Shown: piece after piece, positions 1-7,626 of the stretch | Numbering within the stretch: position 1 is the stretch's first letter | Layout: each line of letters begins with the position of its first letter | Assembly: GCA_040756235.1 (NCBI GenBank) | Contig: JBFLZG010000112.1 | Location: 1-12,043, forward strand | Length of the DNA stretch: 12,043 nt | Source: a bacterium | GTDB taxonomy: Bacteria; Desulfobacterota; DSWW01 | Direction: 5' to 3' | Program-made: the position numbers and the translations under genes | Notes under the pieces: generated by a model | What the model saw: the letters and a program-made list of their open reading frames with translations, nothing else | Databases searched by the model: none | Told to the model about the DNA's origin: nothing

Positions 1-172
1 GCTCCTCAATCGCAAGATCCTCGACATAGCCGTGCTATGCCTGCGGTCTCGCTCAATCGTCGCGGCCGAATCTGACCCAAATCTGGGCGCGAAACCTCCC
101 CTCTCCAAAATGATACAGTTGGCCCAGCCCCTGCGAAGTTATTTTTGCGTGAACCCTAAGTTCCCGCGAAGC

Positions 173-763
173 TCACTGCTTCCGGCCGTAAACCACGCCC
201 TGACCGACCGGGACCACCAGCGCATCGAGCCTCGGGTCCGAGACCACCCTGTCCAGAAAGTCCTCCAGGGCCTCCTTGTGGCTGAGCGCGTTGTCGGCAA
301 CGAGGACCCCGCCTCTGACCATGCGCGGCACGATCTTCTCATAGCAATCGAGGTAGAGCTCCTTGTCCGCGTCGAGAAAGCAGAACGAAATTCCCTCATA
401 GCCCTCCAGGTGTTGCCGCGCGTCCCCGTGGACCAGGCGGACCCACGGCTCCACGCCGGCCATGCGGAAGCTCTCCCGGGCCAAGACGACCTTGCCTGCG
501 GACACCTCGAAGGTCACCAGCCTTCGGCCGCGCTCGCGGCAGGCCAGGGCCAGCCACAGGGCGGAGTAGCCGCCGCTGGTCCCGATCTCGATGCAGAGCC
601 CGTCCGGTGCCGAAGCGGCGGCCAGAGCGATGAACATCCCCGTCTCCCGGGGGACCTGTCGGAGTCTCTCGGCCGCAGGCGCGGCGCCCTCCCGCTGCTG
701 CCTGTCGAGCAACTCCAGCGCTTTCATGCGCTCGAGCAGCGACTGCGGCACATCATGAAACAT
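173..763 (-). CDS. SAM-dependent O-methyltransferase (cation-dependent, COMT/CCoAOMT-like family), 196 aa
   Basis: SAM-binding motif CIEIGTSGGYSALWLA, metal-binding FLDADK and GGVLVADN motifs; GAGG upstream of the ATG on the minus strand. Confidence 0.9.
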   Translation of the reverse strand: MFHDVPQSLLERMKALELLDRQQREGAAPAAERLRQVPRETGMFIALAAASAPDGLCIEIGTSGGYSALWLALACRERGRRLVTFEVSAGKVVLARESFRMAGVEPWVRLVHGDARQHLEGYEGISFCFLDADKELYLDCYEKIVPRMVRGGVLVADNALSHKEALEDFLDRVVSDPRLDALVVPVGQGVVYGRKQ

Positions 764-841
764 CCGTCGAACCTCGAGAGCACCGCCCGCGCGGTTCCGT
801 CGATTGCGGCCGCCGCGCCCGCCACGCGTTCCCCGCAGCGC

Positions 842-1990
842 TCACCCGACCACGACCTCACCGCGCAGCTTGCGCGTGAGAATATCCGCGGCCTGCTCCA
901 CCATGCCGAGCACGACCTCCCGGGCCGGCTGGATCTCCTGGATCAACCCCGAGACCTGCCCGGCAAAGCCTGCCACGTACTCTTCCTTGCCGGCCTTGAT
1001 GAAGCATCTCAGCAGAGCCGAGGCCAGCAGCACCTGGGTCGGAAACGGCAGAGACGGCAGCCCGGAAGCATTCCAGAGCTCGTGGAGCTTGGAGTAGTTG
1101 GTGCGCGAGGTCTTGCCCGTGTAGAGCGTGCTCACACGCGTATCCTCGTCCGTGGCCTCGACGATCCGGCGCTTGCACAACTCCATGGCGCCGCCCTCCC
1201 GGGTGGCGAGGAAGCGCGTGCCGACCCATACGCCCACGCACCCCATCGCCAGCGCCGCGGCGAGCCCGCGGCCGTCGCCCACGCCCCCAGCCGCGAGCAC
1301 CGGCACCGGCGCGGCGGCGTCAACCGCCTGAGGCAGGAGCGCGAAGGTCCCGATGCGGCCCGTGTGCCCGCCTCCGTCGTATCCCTGCGCCACCACGAAG
1401 TCGACTCCCGTGGCAGCCACACGCCGCGCGTTCTTGGCGTTGCCCACGACCCCGAGCACCTTCATCCCGGCCACATGCGCCTTCTCGACCATGAACCCGG
1501 GGTTGCCCAGCCCGGCGCAGAACAGGGGCACCTTCTCGTCGATGCAGATCTGTATCGATTCCTCGGGGAACATGGTAGTCGTGTCCGTCCTGACGGTGAG
1601 ATCGACCTCCGGCAGCCCCATCTCGGTCTGAACCTTCTTGAACCAGTCGAGGTGGCTCCTGGGCAGGAGCTCCAGCGCGTCCTTGAGGGAGATCTCCTTG
1701 AAACCTGCGCTGGCCATCCCGACGCCCAGCTCTTTGGGGAGCAGCAGGTCCACGCCGAAAGGCCTGCTCGTGAGCTTCTTGACCTCCCGGATTGCGTCCT
1801 GCAGCTCGTCCAGCGTGAATCCGGCCCCGCCCAGCACCCCGAGGCCGCCGGCCTCGGACACGGCGACAACGAGCTCCACCGGAGCCCCGACAGGCTCCCC
1901 GATCAGGGTCGGCCCCATGCCGGCGCTCAGGATCGGGTACTCGATCCCCAACAGGTCGCACAGCTTGGTTCGAAGGACTCTCCTCTTCAT
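842..1990 (-). CDS. Nitronate monooxygenase / FabK-like FMN-dependent oxidoreductase, ~382 aa
   Basis: Motifs YPILSAGMG, VSEAGGLGVLG, PFGVDL, AQGYDGGGHTG (catalytic His), LAAGGVGDGRG, GVWVGTRF, AGQVSG. Start moved from the track's 2050 to the ATG at 1990 (MKRRVLRTKL) because GAGGAGG lies at 1997-2003 on the minus strand and the longer N-terminus runs into the repeat element. Confidence 0.88.
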   Translation of the reverse strand: MKRRVLRTKLCDLLGIEYPILSAGMGPTLIGEPVGAPVELVVAVSEAGGLGVLGGAGFTLDELQDAIREVKKLTSRPFGVDLLLPKELGVGMASAGFKEISLKDALELLPRSHLDWFKKVQTEMGLPEVDLTVRTDTTTMFPEESIQICIDEKVPLFCAGLGNPGFMVEKAHVAGMKVLGVVGNAKNARRVAATGVDFVVAQGYDGGGHTGRIGTFALLPQAVDAAAPVPVLAAGGVGDGRGLAAALAMGCVGVWVGTRFLATREGGAMELCKRRIVEATDEDTRVSTLYTGKTSRTNYSKLHELWNASGLPSLPFPTQVLLASALLRCFIKAGKEEYVAGFAGQVSGLIQEIQPAREVVLGMVEQAADILTRKLRGEVVVG

Positions 1991-2009
1991 GCAACGCCTC
2001 CTCTCGTTC

Positions 2010-2244
2010 AGAGGCTGTCGATAAACGGCCATCTGCGGCGTTGCGCTCATGGGGCATGGAGGCAGGGCGAGCCTGCCCCGGCGCAGGCCGGGGTCCCCTG
2101 TGACTCCAAGTTACGCCTCTTTCCTCAGGATTTGTCCTCCCGAGGGTCGGACACCCCATCCTTCGGATGGGTCCCCATTGTCGCGCGCCTTGCATCTGGC
2201 CATTTCTCAACAGCCTCTCCGGAGGGTGTTTTTCGACACCCTCT
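2010..2244. mobile_element. Non-autonomous MITE-like element with imperfect terminal inverted repeats and nested hairpins
   Basis: Left end AGAGGCTGTCGATAAACGGCCATCTGC (2010-2036) matches the reverse complement of 2192-2218 (AGAGGCTGTTGAGAAATGGCCAGATGC) at 22/27. A second right-end copy TTTTTCGACACCCTCT (2229-2244) matches the left end at 14/16. Internal hairpins include CCCCGGC-GCAG-GCCGGGG and CCCATCC-TTC-GGATGGG. No transposase ORF and no clear target-site duplication. Confidence 0.7.
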
Positions 2245-2432
2245 CCAGGTGGGGTCAAGGCACAACCTCAAAACCGGCTGCTCCGAAATGACGCTCCCAC
2301 GACGAGCTCGAAATGAAAGCCGAACATCTCCTCTACAGCTCGGACACCGTCGGCAGCGAATTCGCTCCGTTCCAAGGCACCCGCAGCATACGTCGTCCAC
2401 CCGTCACCCATCAAGATGGCCTGAAAGTCGGT

Positions 2433-2462
2433 TTGCAGCCGGTCGGCCTGAGGTGATATATA
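2433..2462 (+). promoter_or_regulatory. Putative sigma70-type promoter for the central operon
   Basis: TTGCAG (2433-2438), 18-bp spacer, TATATA (2457-2462) preceded by an extended -10 TGn; a conspicuous AT-rich patch about 30 bp before the ATG at 2495. Confidence 0.45.
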
Positions 2463-2494
2463 AGAGATTCCATAGGAAATGATCGAACGCCGCC

Positions 2495-3298
2495 ATGGAT
2501 CTTCGAGCTTTCCTCTTCGAACCGCTTCGGGGAAGAACCTTTAGCGCCAGGCTCACGTCCACGGAACCGGGCCTCCTCGCAGGCGTCGACCTCCTCTTGG
2601 AACGGGCATCCCATCTCTCCCTTGCCGTGGTTGCGCGCATGGAAGACGGTGCCGCCCTGCAGCCCGGCGCCTGTGTGCTGCGGGTAAACGGGTCGCCCGC
2701 ACAGATCGCCCGGGGAGAAGAAGAGCTTCTGGCCTGCGTGGGAAAACCTTCCGGAGTTGCGACCGCCGCGGCGCGTTACGTGGCGCTGGCCCGTGACCGG
2801 GCGCGCATCGTCTGCGGCGCATGGAAAAAGGTAGCGCCCGAGCTGCGGCCGGCGCTGCGCAAGGCGATCGCGACCGGCGGTGCGGGTATCCGGCTGGTCT
2901 CCGAACCGTTCATCTATCTCGACAAGAACCATGTGCGCATGTTTTCCGGAGTCTCCGAGGCCGTTGCCCGAGCCCATGCGATGAACGGGCGGGTGGTCGC
3001 CGTGCAGCTGCGCGGGGAGACTGCGCCCATTGCCGCGGAAGCCCTTACCGCCTGCTCGGCCGGCGCGGGCGTGCTCATGGTGGATACCGGCAGCGTGAAG
3101 GACCTGCGGGCGGTTGTCGATATCGTCCGCGCAAGCGGCTACGCCGCGTGCGTCAAGATTGCTTTCGGAGGAGGCGTTACCCATGAGCGGCTGGACGAGG
3201 TCATCCTGGCGGGCGCGCAGATCGTGGATATCGGCCGCGCCATCATCGATGCCCGGCTGCTCGATTTCAGCTTTGACATAGAAGCCCGTCCGCCCTGA
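2495..3298 (+). CDS. Divergent quinolinate phosphoribosyltransferase (NadC/ModD)-fold protein, 267 aa; substrate probably not quinolinate
   Basis: N-terminal EPGLLAG...DGAALQPG...G pattern, SGVAT, KAIATGG, YLDKNH, LMVDTG, GGGVT, GAQIVDIG and terminal LDFSF are collinear with QPRTase. The canonical TRKT is replaced by AWKK. Confidence 0.8.
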   Translation: MDLRAFLFEPLRGRTFSARLTSTEPGLLAGVDLLLERASHLSLAVVARMEDGAALQPGACVLRVNGSPAQIARGEEELLACVGKPSGVATAAARYVALARDRARIVCGAWKKVAPELRPALRKAIATGGAGIRLVSEPFIYLDKNHVRMFSGVSEAVARAHAMNGRVVAVQLRGETAPIAAEALTACSAGAGVLMVDTGSVKDLRAVVDIVRASGYAACVKIAFGGGVTHERLDEVILAGAQIVDIGRAIIDARLLDFSFDIEARPP

Positions 3299-3371
3299 AC
3301 AACCTGCTTTTCTGCTCGGACCCGGAAGGCGCCGGCAGTCAAGCGCAAAGCCGGGACCGCGAACAGCGATC

Positions 3372-4280
3372 ATGGAATGGAACCTCCTGGAAAAGACGAC
3401 CTTCTGGGTCCAAGGCGCCGAGCTCGAGGCCGCCAACCTGGATGAGGTGGGCGCGGCGGCCGCCCTGGCTCTGGATTGTCACGCCGGCGAAGTGATCGTG
3501 GTAGACGTTCAGCCGGGACTCGTGGCCTTCGACGTGCTCAGACGCAACATCGCCGCGCGAGCGGTGGCCGGGAAGGCGGCCTGCTTGTTGGAAAGCCTTT
3601 CCCGAATCCGCGGAGTGACCGTCTCCCGGCAGGCTTCCGTCCACGCAGAAGGCATACTCGGGCTCATCGCGCTGGACCCGGAAGAGGCCCGGGGAGTGGT
3701 CTCACGCTCGGAGGAGATGGGACAGGCGGTCTCGTTGGCGATACGCAAAAGGGCCATTGTTTTCTCCAGCGGCGCGGAGCTGATCTCCGGACAGATCGAA
3801 GACACCAACGCCCCTCATCTGATTCGAGAGCTGACCCGAGCAAGGTTCAAGGCCGAATTCGGCGGCGTCATCGAAGACAGCCGGCCCGCCGCGGTCTCCG
3901 CCCTGGAATCGGCTCTCCTGCGCGGGTTCGGTCTGATCGTCACCACCGGAGGCGTGGGAGCGGAAAGCAAGGACCACAGCATCGAGGCCGTGCTGCAGCT
4001 CGATCCCGCGGCGGCCACCCCCTGGATCCTCAGGTTCACCCCCGACAGCAAGCGCCACCACAAGGAAGGGGTGCGCATCGCCGTCGGCCGCTCAGGGCTG
4101 GGCCGGGTCGTCGCCCTTCCCGGTCCTCATGCCGAGGTGCGCGCCGGGTGCCGGGCGTTGCTCCAGGGAATGGAGCGCGGCCTGGAGGACGCGGCTCTGG
4201 CCGAATCGATCGCTTCCGCCATTCGAGCATGCTGGTTGCGACACGTGGGACAAGAGAGGAAAGCTCATGGAAGATGCTAG
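3372..4280 (+). CDS. MoCF-biosynthesis/CinA-N (COG1058-like) domain protein with an ~125-aa uncharacterised N-terminal region, 302 aa
   Basis: IVFSSGAELISGQIEDTNA, VIEDS, LIVTTGGVGAESKDHSIEAV and VVALPGPHAE match the MogA / MoeA domain III / CinA-N signature. The stop overlaps the next gene by 14 nt. Confidence 0.8.
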   Translation: MEWNLLEKTTFWVQGAELEAANLDEVGAAAALALDCHAGEVIVVDVQPGLVAFDVLRRNIAARAVAGKAACLLESLSRIRGVTVSRQASVHAEGILGLIALDPEEARGVVSRSEEMGQAVSLAIRKRAIVFSSGAELISGQIEDTNAPHLIRELTRARFKAEFGGVIEDSRPAAVSALESALLRGFGLIVTTGGVGAESKDHSIEAVLQLDPAAATPWILRFTPDSKRHHKEGVRIAVGRSGLGRVVALPGPHAEVRAGCRALLQGMERGLEDAALAESIASAIRACWLRHVGQERKAHGRC

Positions 4281-5046
4281 GACGATCGCACAGGACCTGT
4301 ACCGCGCCGAACAGCAGGCCGTCCCGATCGACCCGCTGACTTCGACCTACCCCGATCTGACGGCCGAACGGGCTTACGCGGTCCAGCTGGCCGGCGTGGA
4401 AATGAGGAAGACGCGCGATCAGCGCCGCACCGTGGGAAAAAAGATCGGCCTCACCTCCGTCGCCATGCAGAAACTGATCGGCGTGAAGGAGCCTGATTAC
4501 GGCCATCTTCTGGACCATATGCTGGTGCGTGAGGGAGAGCCGATTCCCCGCGGCGAGCTGCTTCTTCCCAAAGTGGAAGGGGAGGTTGCGTTCGTTCTCA
4601 AGAAGACGCTCCAGGGCCCCGGTCTGACCACCGCAGACGTGTTGCGGGCGACCGAAGGGATCATGGCTTCGATCGAGATCGTGGACAGCCGGGTGCGGGA
4701 CTGGAAGATCAGGCTCGCGGACACCATCGCCGACAACGCCTCCAGTGGCCGCTTCGCCCTCGGCTCCCGCCTCCTGCCCGTGAAGAAACTCGACCTTCGG
4801 CTGATCGGGATGGTCCTGGAGAAAAACGGGGAGGTCATGAGCACCGGGGCGGGCGCGGCCGTCCTCGGGCACCCGGCGGCCTCCGTTGCATGGCTCGCCA
4901 ATAAGCTTGCCGAGTTCGGAATCGCTCTCCATGAGGGCGAGATCGTTCTTTCCGGAGCGCTCACGGCGGCGGTCGACGCTCACGCGGGTGACTCCTTTCT
5001 GGTCACCTTCCAGGAGCTCGGCGGGGTGGGCGTGCGCTTCGTCTGA
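4267..5046 (+). CDS. mhpD: 2-keto-4-pentenoate (2-oxopent-4-enoate) hydratase, FAH superfamily, 259 aa
   Basis: [61 protein letters not shown]. Start set at ATG 4267 (MEDART) behind a GAGAGGA ribosome-binding site. IGLTSxAMQ fits hydratases better than DmpH decarboxylases. Confidence 0.85.
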   Translation: MEDARTIAQDLYRAEQQAVPIDPLTSTYPDLTAERAYAVQLAGVEMRKTRDQRRTVGKKIGLTSVAMQKLIGVKEPDYGHLLDHMLVREGEPIPRGELLLPKVEGEVAFVLKKTLQGPGLTTADVLRATEGIMASIEIVDSRVRDWKIRLADTIADNASSGRFALGSRLLPVKKLDLRLIGMVLEKNGEVMSTGAGAAVLGHPAASVAWLANKLAEFGIALHEGEIVLSGALTAAVDAHAGDSFLVTFQELGGVGVRFV

Positions 5047-5111
5047 CCGCTGACGCAGCATTCAGGCATACCGATATCCGACATCTCCTCCGGTACCGAG
5101 GCGCATCGAGC

Positions 5112-5978
5112 ATGGACAACATCAAAGTGGCGATTCTGGGTCCGGGAAACATCGGCAGCGACCTGATGTACAAGGTCCTGCGGAGCCGCCACCTCGAGAT
5201 GGAGCTGATGGCCGGCATCGTCGATTCGCCCGGGCTCCGGCGCGCGCAGTCGTACGGCATTCGAACCACCACCGACGGGATCGGGCCCATCCTGGACGAC
5301 CCCGAGATCAGGATCGTGTTCGATGCGACCGGCGCCAAGTCCCACCAGAGACATGCCCCGCTGCTGCAAGAAGCCGGCAAGAAGGCGGTGGATCTCACCC
5401 CGGCCTCGATCGGACCCTTTGTGGTCCCTGCGGTCAACCTGGACGAGCTGGCCGATGCGCCGAACCTGAACATGGTCACCTGCGGCGGACAGGCAACGGT
5501 CCCGATCGTCCATGCCATCCACTGTGCAGCCGGCGCTCTTTACGCCGAAATCGTCGCCTGCATTTCGAGTCGGAGCGCCGGACCTGGGACACGGCAGAAC
5601 ATCGACGAATTCACGCAGACCACAGCCAGGGCCCTGTGCACCGTGGGCGGGGCCGGCAACGGCAAGGCCATCATCATCCTGAACCCGGCTGAGCCTCCCC
5701 TGCTGATGACCGACACCGTCTACGTCCAGGTGGAAGACCCCGATGAGAGGGCCATCAGGGAGTCCGTCGAGGCCATGGTGGCAAAGGTCCGTTCCTACGT
5801 TCCCGGGTATCGCCTGAGGGTCCCTCCGGTCATCGACGACCACCTGGTCACCACGATCCTGGAGGTCGAAGGAGCCGGCGATTTCCTGCCCACCTATTCG
5901 GGGAACCTCGACATCATGACCGCTGCGGCCGCTGCCGTGGGCGAGACCCTGGCGCTGCGGATGCTCGAAGGGAGCTGA
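5112..5978 (+). CDS. mhpF: Acetaldehyde dehydrogenase (acylating), MhpF/DmpF, 288 aa
   Basis: Rossmann motif [32 protein letters not shown] (catalytic Cys), [33 protein letters not shown]. Confidence 0.95.
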   Translation: MDNIKVAILGPGNIGSDLMYKVLRSRHLEMELMAGIVDSPGLRRAQSYGIRTTTDGIGPILDDPEIRIVFDATGAKSHQRHAPLLQEAGKKAVDLTPASIGPFVVPAVNLDELADAPNLNMVTCGGQATVPIVHAIHCAAGALYAEIVACISSRSAGPGTRQNIDEFTQTTARALCTVGGAGNGKAIIILNPAEPPLLMTDTVYVQVEDPDERAIRESVEAMVAKVRSYVPGYRLRVPPVIDDHLVTTILEVEGAGDFLPTYSGNLDIMTAAAAAVGETLALRMLEGS

Positions 5979-5983
5979 GAATA

Positions 5984-7009
5984 ATGGCAGCAGGAAGGTG
6001 CATCCGCCTGGTGGACTCGACCTTGCGGGACGGAAGCCATGCGGTGAGCCACCAGTTTTCGACGGAACAGATCGAGGCGGTGGCACGCGGACTGGATCGG
6101 GCGGGGGTCTCCTTCATCGAAGTCTCACACGGAGACGGGCTGGGTGGCTCCTCCATCAACTACGGCCGGGCGCGCCTCTCCGACGAGCAGATGCTGCGCG
6201 CGGCCTCCGGCGCGCTCCTCAGGGCGACGCTCACGGTGCTGCTGCTCCCCGGCATCGGCACCCAGGAAGACCTCAAGATGGCCCTGAGCTGCGGCGTCGG
6301 AGCGGTCCGGGTGGCCACCCACGTCACCGAAGCCGATATCGCCGAACAGCACATCGGCCTGGCGAAAAAGATGGGAATGACCGCCTTCGGCTTTCTCATG
6401 CTCACCCACATGCGGCCGCCGGAGAAGATCGCCGAACAGGCAAGACTCTTCGAATCCTATGGGGCGGACGCGGTCTACCTGGCCGACTCGGCGGGCGCCA
6501 TGCTCCCTTCCGACGTTGTCCCGAGGGTGCGGGCAACGGCGGATGCCCTGTCGATTCCCGTCGGTTTTCACGCCCACGCGAGTCTCGGGCTGGCCATTGC
6601 GAACAGCCTGGCCGCAGCCGACGCCGGGGCGAGCTATCTGGACGGCACCTGCCGCGGCATCGGCGCCGGGGCCGGCAATGCCCAGACCGAGGTGCTCATC
6701 GGAGTCCTGAAGAAGGGCGGATATCAGGTCGACGCCGATTTTTACGGAGTCATGGACGTTGCGGAAGAAATCGTCGAACCTCTCCTACACCGTCCCCAGG
6801 TGATCCGCAACGCTCCCCTGGTTTTGGGCTATGCGGGAGTGTATTCGAGCTTCCTGCTGCACACTTACCGGGCCGCGGAGAAGTACGGGCTCGACCCCAG
6901 GGACATCCTGGTCGAGCTCGGCAAGCGGCAGATGGTGGGAGGCCAGGAGGACATGATCATCGACGTGGCCTACCAACTGGCACAACAAAGGGAGCGCAAC
7001 CGAACATGA
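5984..7009 (+). CDS. mhpE: 4-hydroxy-2-oxovalerate aldolase, MhpE/DmpG, 341 aa
   Basis: DSTLRDGSHA, IEVSHGDGLGGSS, LLLPGIGT, RVATHVTEAD, DSAGAM, GFHAH, GYAGVYSSFLLH, VGGQEDMIIDVA; starts 5 nt after mhpF. Confidence 0.95.
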   Translation: MAAGRCIRLVDSTLRDGSHAVSHQFSTEQIEAVARGLDRAGVSFIEVSHGDGLGGSSINYGRARLSDEQMLRAASGALLRATLTVLLLPGIGTQEDLKMALSCGVGAVRVATHVTEADIAEQHIGLAKKMGMTAFGFLMLTHMRPPEKIAEQARLFESYGADAVYLADSAGAMLPSDVVPRVRATADALSIPVGFHAHASLGLAIANSLAAADAGASYLDGTCRGIGAGAGNAQTEVLIGVLKKGGYQVDADFYGVMDVAEEIVEPLLHRPQVIRNAPLVLGYAGVYSSFLLHTYRAAEKYGLDPRDILVELGKRQMVGGQEDMIIDVAYQLAQQRERNRT

Positions 7010-7620
7010 AACTCGTCACGCTGATGCCCGTGGTGGAGGGCGAAAAGTGCAAAGGGTGCAAGACCTGCGTGAAGGTCTGCCCGGTCCTCGCGATCCGCAT
7101 GGAGGAAAAGCTCGCCGTGGCGGACCTGGATCGCTGCCGCGGCTGCGCGCTGTGCGAACAGCGCTGCCCCGAAGGGGCCATCGCCATGATCGCCCGGCAG
7201 GAGCCGGTCCTGGCCGCGGTGGATCTCGAGGGGCTCGATTACCGCCAGATCGAGCAGATCTGCCGCAAGGCGCGCTTCCATCCCGAGCAGATCCTCTGCT
7301 ACTGCACGGCCACCAGGGCCGACGAGGTGGCGGCGGCCATCCTGCGGGGTGCCAAGACGCCTGAAGACATCTCCTTCATGACCGCCATTCGGACCGGGTG
7401 CAAGGTCGAGTGCATCCAGCCCATCCTGCGGCTGCTCGAGGCGGCCGGAATCGAGCCCAGACCGGCGCCCGGGGGGTGGCAGTGGTACGGCCGGACGGTT
7501 ACCGTCTGGGAAATCCCCCAGCGCGTGAAGGAGAAGTACGCCGTCCGCGGGTTCTATTTCGACGAGGACATCGAGCTCCTCGAGCGCGTGGTGAACGCAC
7601 CTCTTCAGGGAAGGGAGTAG
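7006..7620 (+). CDS. Iron-sulfur protein: N-terminal 2x[4Fe-4S] dicluster domain fused to a BFD-like [2Fe-2S] domain, 204 aa
   Basis: CKGCKTCVKVCP and CRGCALCEQRCP, then ILCYC...GAKTPEDI...TGCKVEC. The true start is the ATGA overlap with the mhpE stop (7006-7009); the ORF track buries it inside a spurious 540-aa frame. Confidence 0.88.
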   Translation: MKLVTLMPVVEGEKCKGCKTCVKVCPVLAIRMEEKLAVADLDRCRGCALCEQRCPEGAIAMIARQEPVLAAVDLEGLDYRQIEQICRKARFHPEQILCYCTATRADEVAAAILRGAKTPEDISFMTAIRTGCKVECIQPILRLLEAAGIEPRPAPGGWQWYGRTVTVWEIPQRVKEKYAVRGFYFDEDIELLERVVNAPLQGRE

Positions 7621-7626
7621 AATGCC

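Noticed and set aside
1..137. Possible minus-strand promoter (TTCGCA-16-TATCAT at 137-110) and gene start at 27 (MSRILRLRS)
   Set aside because: Too little sequence lies in the window to support it, and the ATG has no adjacent ribosome-binding site.
2417..2436. Possible sigma54 promoter (TGGC...TTGC)
   Set aside because: The GG-to-GC spacing is about 15 nt rather than the required 10.
2313..2456. Small plus-strand ORF MKAEHLLYSS...VGLR (47 aa) before the operon
   Set aside because: No convincing ribosome-binding site or motif, and it overlaps the putative promoter.
32..2482. 816-aa plus-strand ORF
   Set aside because: It is the antisense shadow of the methyltransferase and nitronate monooxygenase genes, has no recognisable motifs and runs through the repeat element. 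Long antisense frames are expected in GC-rich DNA.
2495..3298. Calling this gene nadC or modD
   Set aside because: Key quinolinate-binding motifs are substituted and there is no nadAB or modABC context.
5998..7005. N-terminal 336 aa of the 540-aa ORF, suggesting a large Fe-S fusion protein
   Set aside because: Arg/Pro/Gly-rich off-frame translation overlapping mhpE; the real gene starts at the ATGA overlap at 7006.
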